From contig JAVYVS010000002.1 of assembly GCA_038727515.1 (NCBI GenBank), forward strand, positions 128,001 through 192,000: 64,000 bases of DNA. Reading direction: 5' to 3'. Of this stretch, positions 57,296-64,000 are shown piece after piece. The translations under genes and the position numbers were made by a program. This DNA comes from Candidatus Methanomethylicia archaeon (GTDB lineage: Archaea > Thermoproteota > Methanomethylicia > Culexarchaeales > Culexarchaeaceae). The notes beneath the pieces are model-generated. The model was not told the DNA's origin and searched no databases. It saw only the letters and a program-made list of their open reading frames with translations. Positions within the stretch are counted from its first letter, which is position 1. Each line of letters starts with the position of its first letter.

Positions 57296-60283
57296 GTGGG
57301 ATTGATGAGTTTGCGTAAATCTATTGGTGTTATTGTTGGCTCCCCCTCAACCTACAATTTTGAATTTAAATGTTTTGATGTTGTTAGAGTTAATGATTTT
57401 GTTGAAGTTTTTCATGATGGTCGTTGGCATGTATTATTTGTTAATAGTCTTAGACGTGATGGAGATGTTATTTATGCATCATGTACATGCCTTGGAAAAC
57501 CTTCTGATACCCCATTTAAAGCTGGATTAAATGTTTACCCTGCTTCTGAAGCAAATATACGTAGTGTTTTAGGTTTAACTGCTGATTATTCTAAGTCCAT
57601 ATATCTTGGTTTACTCAAGAATTATAATGTTAAAGTCTATATACCTATTGATAGATTGAATCGTATATTCATTGTTGGTAAACCTGGTTCTGGGAAGTCT
57701 TATACTGTTGGTGTTTTTATTGAGGAGTTTTTAAAGAAGAATATTCCTGTTTTAATTATCGATGTTCATGGTGAATATTCAAGTTTTAAAGTTGCAGCTA
57801 AATCTGGATGTGAAATTTTCGGTGTTGAACCTAAAAGTTATATTGATCAGATTGTAGAGTTTGGTGATAAGAGGTTTAGTCCAGCTGCAAATATAGATAT
57901 ATCTTTTTTAAGTGAGTTATCCGTTGAAGATCTCGTTTTAACTGGTAAATGTGTTATCATCAATTTGAGGGGGATTGATTTAGAGAATCAAATTTCCATA
58001 GTTGCTTCTATTGTTAGTAAACTTTTAGATGCAGCTATTAATAAGAAGATTTCACCATTCTATTTAGTTGTAGATGAAGCTCATAGATTTATTGGTAGAG
58101 AGAAATCTGAATCTCAAATGATTTTGAGGCGTTTTTCACAAGAGGGTAGAAAGTTTGGTGCAAATTTAATTGTTGTTTCTCAGAGACCTCAATTACTGGA
58201 TACTACCGTTAGAGGTCTTAGTGGTACTTGGATTATCCATAGACTTTCAGATCCCAATGATATATCTATAGCCGTTGAAAGTGGTGGTTTAGGTAGAGGT
58301 TGGGAGGATAATATCGTTTGGCTTGATGTAGGTGAATGTATTGTTACTGGTGAAGCTGTTGATAAAATACCATATGTTGTTAGAGTTAGATGTAGAGAGA
58401 CTATGCATGGTGGTGCAGGTTTTAACCCCTTGGATTATGTTTCTGAAGATGCCTTGAAAAGTGCTGAATTAAAATGGAAGAATTTAATGAAGCTTGAATA
58501 CATAGTTAAACCTACTAAAACCTTAGCTAAACCTAAAATCTCTTCACTTATAACACAATACTATCTACCAGTTAAATTTAGTTTGGAATACTTCTCTTCA
58601 AATCTTAAAACTAGATTTCCATTTAAATTTGATTTTAGCGATTTAAAGTTGAATTATTATCCTGCCTTAGAAATTAAAGCTTCAATAATGGTTAAACGTA
58701 ATAAACCTAATTTAGAGTTTACTGATGAATATAAGGTTTTTATACCATTGGTTGATGAATCTTCTGAACTTGATTTTTCACCTAGAGAAGCATACTACAT
58801 AAAAGATTTTGTTGAAAGCGATCTTTCATCTTCATCTGCAAATTTTGAAAATGTAATTTATCATTCACCTAAAATTGATATTTCCAGTTTAAATGCCTAT
58901 GAAAAATTTGTAAATGATTTTAAAAAGTTTGTTTCATTTAAAATATCATATAAAATCTATTATTCAACGAAATTCAAAATTTATTCTAATTATAATGAGA
59001 GTTTAGAGAGTTTTGTTAATAGGCTTAGGAAGATTAGTAGTGATCTTTTTAATGAAGCTTCTCTCAAACTTATGAATAAATATAATGAGAAGATTTCTAG
59101 GCATGAGAGGATTTTAAAGAATTTAAAGGATGAAATTAAGGTTAAAGTTCAATCTGCAAAAAGGCTTTTATCTGATATTAATGAGTTAAAGGGTAAAATT
59201 AAGGGTTTGGATCCAAGTTCTAGAGAGTATATTTCTACAAATTCTAGAATTCAAAGTTTAGAGGAAAAACTTTTAAAATTGAATAAGATGATTTCTAATT
59301 CTAATGCTGAATTAGAGCGTAGGGAGAAGGCTATTAATGAGCTTAAGAGGGAATTGAATGATAAATTGAAGAAGTTGAAATCCGATTTTGATGATTTAGG
59401 TGAAATAAAAACTTTGAGTTTATCTTTAAATAAACGTGATGTAAATGTGGATTTCACTAGGATTATTTGGATTCCAATATTTAATGGTGGTTTAAAGATT
59501 TCTAATGGGATTTCTGAGAGGATTTTGAATTTTGAGTGGAATGGTTATAATGGGCTTGGGGTTTATGGTAGATGTGAATCTTGTAATTCTACAATTAATG
59601 TTTTAGATTCTTTAAATCTATGTAGTATATGTCTCACAGTTCTATGTCCAGAACATGTTTTTGAATGTAGTGTTTGTGGTGCTAAAATATGTTCTGATCA
59701 TATGTTTAAATGTGATATCTGTGGTAGAATTTTATGTGTTAATGAAAAATCGTATAATTGTAGTATTTGTGGTGCTAAAATTTGTTCTAATTGTGTTAAA
59801 TATTGTGTAGATTGTGGGGATGAAATACCCTATTGCAGTAAACATGTGAGTATTTGCAATTATTGTGGGAAAGTTTACTGTGATAAACATTATAATGAAC
59901 ATTTAGTTTCTTGTGGGGTTTGTGGTAAAAGGATTTGTGGAGAATCTATTGAGAATTGTAGTATTTGTAATAAGCCTCTATGTAATGATTGTATTATTGA
60001 GTGTAGTAAATGTGGGAAGATTGTTTGTAGAGATCATATGTGGAGTTGTTCAATATGTGGTGTAAAGATGTGTATTAATGAGGATAGACATATTTGTAGT
60101 ATATGTGGTAGAAACATATGTAGTAAGCATTCTTATAAGTGTCCTTCATGTGGTAGGGAAGTTTGCACTGAGCATATTAAAACTTGCCCAAATTGTGGTA
60201 GAAGAGTTTGTGAATCATGTATAATAACTGTTAAACGCCTATTTAGGTATAAGACTGGATGTAGATTTTGCCTTAAACCCTAA
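57296..60283 (+). CDS. HerA/FtsK-like (DUF87) ATPase fused to a coiled coil and a tandem Zn-finger array
   Basis: HAS-barrel-like N-terminus, GKPGSGKS, IIDVHGEY, VVDEAH, EGRKFG, SQRP; long heptad region; Cys/His repeats. Confidence 0.88.
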   Translation: MGLMSLRKSIGVIVGSPSTYNFEFKCFDVVRVNDFVEVFHDGRWHVLFVNSLRRDGDVIYASCTCLGKPSDTPFKAGLNVYPASEANIRSVLGLTADYSKSIYLGLLKNYNVKVYIPIDRLNRIFIVGKPGSGKSYTVGVFIEEFLKKNIPVLIIDVHGEYSSFKVAAKSGCEIFGVEPKSYIDQIVEFGDKRFSPAANIDISFLSELSVEDLVLTGKCVIINLRGIDLENQISIVASIVSKLLDAAINKKISPFYLVVDEAHRFIGREKSESQMILRRFSQEGRKFGANLIVVSQRPQLLDTTVRGLSGTWIIHRLSDPNDISIAVESGGLGRGWEDNIVWLDVGECIVTGEAVDKIPYVVRVRCRETMHGGAGFNPLDYVSEDALKSAELKWKNLMKLEYIVKPTKTLAKPKISSLITQYYLPVKFSLEYFSSNLKTRFPFKFDFSDLKLNYYPALEIKASIMVKRNKPNLEFTDEYKVFIPLVDESSELDFSPREAYYIKDFVESDLSSSSANFENVIYHSPKIDISSLNAYEKFVNDFKKFVSFKISYKIYYSTKFKIYSNYNESLESFVNRLRKISSDLFNEASLKLMNKYNEKISRHERILKNLKDEIKVKVQSAKRLLSDINELKGKIKGLDPSSREYISTNSRIQSLEEKLLKLNKMISNSNAELERREKAINELKRELNDKLKKLKSDFDDLGEIKTLSLSLNKRDVNVDFTRIIWIPIFNGGLKISNGISERILNFEWNGYNGLGVYGRCESCNSTINVLDSLNLCSICLTVLCPEHVFECSVCGAKICSDHMFKCDICGRILCVNEKSYNCSICGAKICSNCVKYCVDCGDEIPYCSKHVSICNYCGKVYCDKHYNEHLVSCGVCGKRICGESIENCSICNKPLCNDCIIECSKCGKIVCRDHMWSCSICGVKMCINEDRHICSICGRNICSKHSYKCPSCGREVCTEHIKTCPNCGRRVCESCIITVKRLFRYKTGCRFCLKP
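59573..60280 (+). repeat. Protein-level tandem array of 13 CxxC-x4(6)-Cxx[H/C/E/S] units
   Basis: e.g. CSVCGAKICSDH, CSICGAKICSNC, CSKCGKIVCRDH, CPSCGREVCTEH; flanked by lone CESC and CRFC. Confidence 0.9.
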
Positions 60284-60717
60284 ATTGTTATCTCTTCTTC
60301 CCTCAATACTTCTGAAGCCATCTTTATACAACTTGAAGGTATTCTCCTCCTCTTCAAAGCATTTATGTATGCAATTTTTGAAGAACAATGTATTGATTTT
60401 ATCCTATAATATATATTTGGGTCTTCCATTTTCACATAAACCCATTTAACAATTTTATTCCTTCCAATGTCTATATCATATTTTATAAACAATTCTTCTT
60501 GAACATTAGATTCTTCAACAACTTCAAGTTTAAATCCTTCAATTACAAGATATCTTCCCTCAATCTTATACAATATCTTGTTTTTATGGAGCTTTTTAAG
60601 CATTTCAGCCTTCTTTTTAACGTCATGTACTGGTAGTTCAATTACTAGTGCCGCCAGTCCATCTTGCAAAACTTTCACCACTCTCTCTCTACAATTTTTA
60701 ATATATAAATCCCTCAC
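60280..60717 (-). CDS. Hypothetical protein
   Basis: 145-aa ORF filling the gap, GTG start, no motif recognised. Confidence 0.6.
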   Translation of the reverse strand: MRDLYIKNCRERVVKVLQDGLAALVIELPVHDVKKKAEMLKKLHKNKILYKIEGRYLVIEGFKLEVVEESNVQEELFIKYDIDIGRNKIVKWVYVKMEDPNIYYRIKSIHCSSKIAYINALKRRRIPSSCIKMASEVLREEEITI

Positions 60718-60820
60718 TCATAGTATTGTGAGGGGTATCTGAAAGTATTCATAGTAAACTATTTATTATCTCATGTAACCTTTATTTTAGCATTAGTTTA
60801 ATGCTCTTTTTGGTGTAAAG

Positions 60821-61105
60821 GTGGGTTTAATGAATTATAGGAAGTTAATGGCTTTAATGAAAGATCTAAAGATGCTGGTATGCGAAAAATGTAATTCAAA
60901 ATTGGATTTCTATAAACTCAATATTGATGATTCTAATGAAGAATATGATGTCAATGTTTGCATGATATGTTTTAAATGTAAATTGCAATATGACTTTAAG
61001 ATTATTAACCCCGGTGTTATTGGTTTAGTTTCCGTAAGGGAAATTAAAGCTTCATCTTGGGATGAATTTTTGAAATCCATGGAGGAAGAGGAAATTGAAG
61101 ATTAA
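60821..61105 (+). CDS. Small Zn-ribbon protein with acidic tail
   Basis: CEKC...CFKC; overlaps the next gene. Confidence 0.7.
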   Translation: MGLMNYRKLMALMKDLKMLVCEKCNSKLDFYKLNIDDSNEEYDVNVCMICFKCKLQYDFKIINPGVIGLVSVREIKASSWDEFLKSMEEEEIED

Positions 61106-62048
61106 ACCTGTAATTGTAATTCATGGTGGTGCTGGAAACTATAGGGGTTTAAGTGAAGATATTATTTCCAATAGATTAAAACATTTAGAGAAAGCTGTTC
61201 TCTTAGGTTATGAGAAGCTGTCTTCTAGTGCTTTAGACGCTGTGGAAGCTGCTGTAAGTTACATGGAGAGTTGTGGATTTTTTAATGCTGGTTTAGGCTC
61301 TGTATTAACAATCAATGGCTCTGTAGAGATGGATGCTGGAATAATGGATGGTAGAGATTTACGTGTAGGAGCTACAGCCCTATTGAAAAGAGTTAAAAAT
61401 CCTATTTCACTTGCTAGAAAGATCATGGAGGAAACAGACCATATTTTCATTGCTGGAGAGTGGGCTGAAAAACTCGCTGAATTTTATGGTTTAGGATTTT
61501 CAGATGAAATAGTTAATGAATATAAAGTTAAAAGGTTTAAGGAGATTTATGATAATTGGATTAAAGGTGAAATTGGTAGAATGAGTAAACTTCGATCTAT
61601 GATTCAGAGTTTGGGGAAGCTTTTTGATGGTCATGATACTGTTGGTGCTGTAGCTCTAGATTTTAATGGTAATGTTGCTTCAGCAGTATCCACAGGTGGT
61701 TATTGGCTTAAATTTCCCGGTAGGATTGGAGATGTCCCCCTTGTTGGTTGTGGTTTTTATGCTGATAATGATGCTGGTGCTGCTGCAGCTACGGGAACTG
61801 GAGAATATATTGCTAGATTAAATCTTTCTAGGGTTTGCTGTGAATTGATGCGTAGCGGTTTTTCAGCTCAAGAAGCTTGTTCTCTATCTATTAAACGTAT
61901 TACTGATAGATTTGGTTCTGGTAATGCTGGGATTATAGCTGTTGATAAAAATGGTAATTTTGGTTTTGATTTTAATACTAATGGTATGAGTAGAGCCATT
62001 ATGCATGAAGATTTAGATAAACCCATAGTTGGGATATTTCGTGAGTGA
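61095..62048 (+). CDS. iaaA: Isoaspartyl peptidase / plant-type L-asparaginase (Ntn hydrolase)
   Basis: IHGGAG, FNAG.GSVL, EMDAGIMDG, D/TVGAVA, STGG, GRIGD, TGTGE. Confidence 0.93.
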   Translation: MKIKPVIVIHGGAGNYRGLSEDIISNRLKHLEKAVLLGYEKLSSSALDAVEAAVSYMESCGFFNAGLGSVLTINGSVEMDAGIMDGRDLRVGATALLKRVKNPISLARKIMEETDHIFIAGEWAEKLAEFYGLGFSDEIVNEYKVKRFKEIYDNWIKGEIGRMSKLRSMIQSLGKLFDGHDTVGAVALDFNGNVASAVSTGGYWLKFPGRIGDVPLVGCGFYADNDAGAAAATGTGEYIARLNLSRVCCELMRSGFSAQEACSLSIKRITDRFGSGNAGIIAVDKNGNFGFDFNTNGMSRAIMHEDLDKPIVGIFRE

Positions 62049-62083
62049 AGTAAAGATTAATTGAATGTTTACTATAAATATAT

Positions 62084-63277
62084 TTGAGTATTTTCTTTGT
62101 GGGTTTACTTATGGTTACAAATCTTCCTCCACAAGCAAAGGTTTTGATGAGGGAGTATCAGGAAGCTAAAAGTCTACCTGAGAAAATATCTAAACTTGAA
62201 GCTTTGATTTCCGCAATTCCTGAGCATAAGGGTACTGAGAAACTTAGGAGGAATTTGAAACGTACTTTAGCTAGATTAAAATTAGAGTTGGAGGAGAGGG
62301 AGAAGAAGCGTGCTAAATCTTCAAGTGGTTTGAAATTTTCAGTTAAGAAGGAAGGTGCTGGTCAAATATTACTTGTTGGAAATACAATGAGTGGTAAAAG
62401 TTCAATATTATCATTGCTTACAAATGCTAAACCTAAAATTGGTTTTTCACCTTTTACAACTAAAACTCCCACTCCTGGAATGATGGAGTATATGGATGTA
62501 AAGATACAATTGGTGGAGGTTCCTGCAATTTGTATTGGTGCCCCTTGGATTAATCCTGCTTTAAGTTTATGTAGGAATGCTGATGGAATAATATTTGTTG
62601 TTGATGCTTCTTCTAAGGAGGCTATTAATGATTTAAAGTTTATTTTTGAGAAGTTTAAAGCTTCTAGGATAACTTTGAAGAAGCCTAATGTTAGAATTGA
62701 AATTGAACGTAGATCTTCTGGTGGTATACATGTATTTTGTATGGGTAATTTGAAGGATTGTGATAAAGATGATATTGTTGAATTACTTAGGAGTTATGGT
62801 TTAAGCAATGCTTTAATTAAAATTTGGGGTGATGCAAGTTTAAAGGATGTGGAAAATTATATTGATTCAAGTATCGTCTATAAGCCTTCAATTGTTATAG
62901 CTAATAAGATGGATCTTGAAGGCTCTCATGAAAACCTTAAGGTCATTGAGAAAGCTTTAAAGGATTTTATTAAGGTTATACCTTTATCCTGTGTAAATCC
63001 TCCAAAAGATCTATCTACTTTGAAATCTGAGATATATGGTCTACTAAATGTTATTAGGATTTATACTAAGGAGGTTGGAGGTGAAGTTTCTTCTAAACCT
63101 TTAGTTGTCCCTAAAGGTTTCCGCGTTATTGATGTTGCAAGATTGATACATAGCCAGTTATATGAGAATTTTAGCTATGCTAAAGTTTGGGGTTCTTCAG
63201 TTAAATTTAATGGTGAGAGGGTGGGTCCAGATCACGTTTTATGTGATGGCGATATCGTGGAAATAAGAACTAAATAA
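62084..63277 (+). CDS. DRG/OBG-family GTPase with TGS domain
   Basis: MVTNLPPQAK, PEHKGTEKL, GNTMSGKSS, PFTT, NKMD, IRIYTK, AKVWG, HVLCDGDIVEI; start probably MVTNLP. Confidence 0.9.
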   Translation: MSIFFVGLLMVTNLPPQAKVLMREYQEAKSLPEKISKLEALISAIPEHKGTEKLRRNLKRTLARLKLELEEREKKRAKSSSGLKFSVKKEGAGQILLVGNTMSGKSSILSLLTNAKPKIGFSPFTTKTPTPGMMEYMDVKIQLVEVPAICIGAPWINPALSLCRNADGIIFVVDASSKEAINDLKFIFEKFKASRITLKKPNVRIEIERRSSGGIHVFCMGNLKDCDKDDIVELLRSYGLSNALIKIWGDASLKDVENYIDSSIVYKPSIVIANKMDLEGSHENLKVIEKALKDFIKVIPLSCVNPPKDLSTLKSEIYGLLNVIRIYTKEVGGEVSSKPLVVPKGFRVIDVARLIHSQLYENFSYAKVWGSSVKFNGERVGPDHVLCDGDIVEIRTK

Positions 63278-63282
63278 TCATT

Positions 63283-63471
63283 CTATTTACTCACGGCCTT
63301 TTTCATTTTAATATTCATGTATGCTGTTCCTAAACCTATAATTATGATATCTATCATCAGCATTTCTAAGTCTCCAATTATATTCCTAGAATTCAATAGG
63401 TATGTTATGAAGGGTGTTAGAAATATTATTAATGCTGTAAATGGTATGATTAACTCCTTTAGCATCTTCAT
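63283..63471 (-). CDS. Small two-TM membrane protein
   Basis: 62 aa, two hydrophobic segments, GGTGA SD upstream. Confidence 0.6.
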   Translation of the reverse strand: MKMLKELIIPFTALIIFLTPFITYLLNSRNIIGDLEMLMIDIIIIGLGTAYMNIKMKKAVSK

Positions 63472-63479
63472 TTAATCAC

Positions 63480-64000
63480 CTATCTATATAATGATGGTGG
63501 AGGAGTTTTTCCTTCATCACTTCTAAAAGTTTTTTCCTCTATTTTCTGAGGTTCACCCCACTTTATGTTTGGTATGTATACTAATGTATATTTTTGTTGT
63601 TCTACACTTACAACGTATATGTATAGTGTTGTATCTTTCTGTATTTCCTCCAGCTTCTCTCTTCTAAAGGCTGAAGGATATATTATTGCCATCTTCTTCT
63701 CTTCATCCATAGCTATTGCCATTAGAAATGCATATTCTCCCACTGTAAAGACGTTTATTTCATTTTTACCATATTTTCCCATATCAAGGTATTTGTGAAA
63801 TTCTGTGAAGGTATTATTGTCTGTGGATATCATTATTCCGAATGGTGAATTTTCATCAGCTCTACCTGTTGAAACCAGTATTGGATTTACTGTGAGTATA
63901 CTATAACCATCCTTTTTAAGAGCTTCATTTTTCTCTTGTACTTGCTTTATTAACATGTATCTTCCCAATTCAAAGTCTTTTATCATTTTTTGTGCATCAA
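63480..64000 (-). CDS. Hypothetical protein ending PPPSLYR, possibly 5'-partial
   Basis: Frame stays open upstream of the ATG at 63986 to the window edge. Confidence 0.7.
   Translation of the reverse strand, partial: DAQKMIKDFELGRYMLIKQVQEKNEALKKDGYSILTVNPILVSTGRADENSPFGIMISTDNNTFTEFHKYLDMGKYGKNEINVFTVGEYAFLMAIAMDEEKKMAIIYPSAFRREKLEEIQKDTTLYIYVVSVEQQKYTLVYIPNIKWGEPQKIEEKTFRSDEGKTPPPSLYR

Noticed and set aside
57296-60283. Canonical HerA of the herA-nurA-mre11-rad50 operon, or CedB/VirB4
   Set aside because: Partner genes absent, no TM anchor, and a long unrelated C-terminal extension

Overview
AT-rich archaeal chromosomal segment, gene-dense (about 75 CDS). I found no rRNA, tRNA, CRISPR array or transposase. 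TBP, Rpo6, eS31/S27ae, tetraether synthase, arcadin-1, crenarchaeal-type arginine decarboxylase and DUF2153 point to a TACK/Thermoproteota-type archaeon (inference). Most genes are housekeeping or metabolic: trmI, pyrF, pyrE, two-subunit fumarase, dUTPase, malic enzyme, NfnAB and peptidases. Three real genes are missing from the ORF track: a secreted gluzincin peptidase at the left edge, a ribbon-helix-helix regulator, and rps27ae. Main points of interest: (1) A type IV pilus locus where the window-wide T>A bias of the + strand reverses sharply and mirror-symmetrically around a mosaic pilin and its downstream accessory stretch. This suggests a recurrently exchanged pilin cassette or a local replication/recombination initiation site. 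(2) An orphan HerA-like ATPase fused to a coiled coil and 13 tandem Cys/His zinc-finger units. (3) Three full-length Lhr helicase paralogs, two of them sandwiching a MIP18/SufT protein next to SufS, a degenerate IscS and IscU. (4) An ABC ATPase with its catalytic motifs degenerate. All family assignments come from motif recognition by eye, not database searches.
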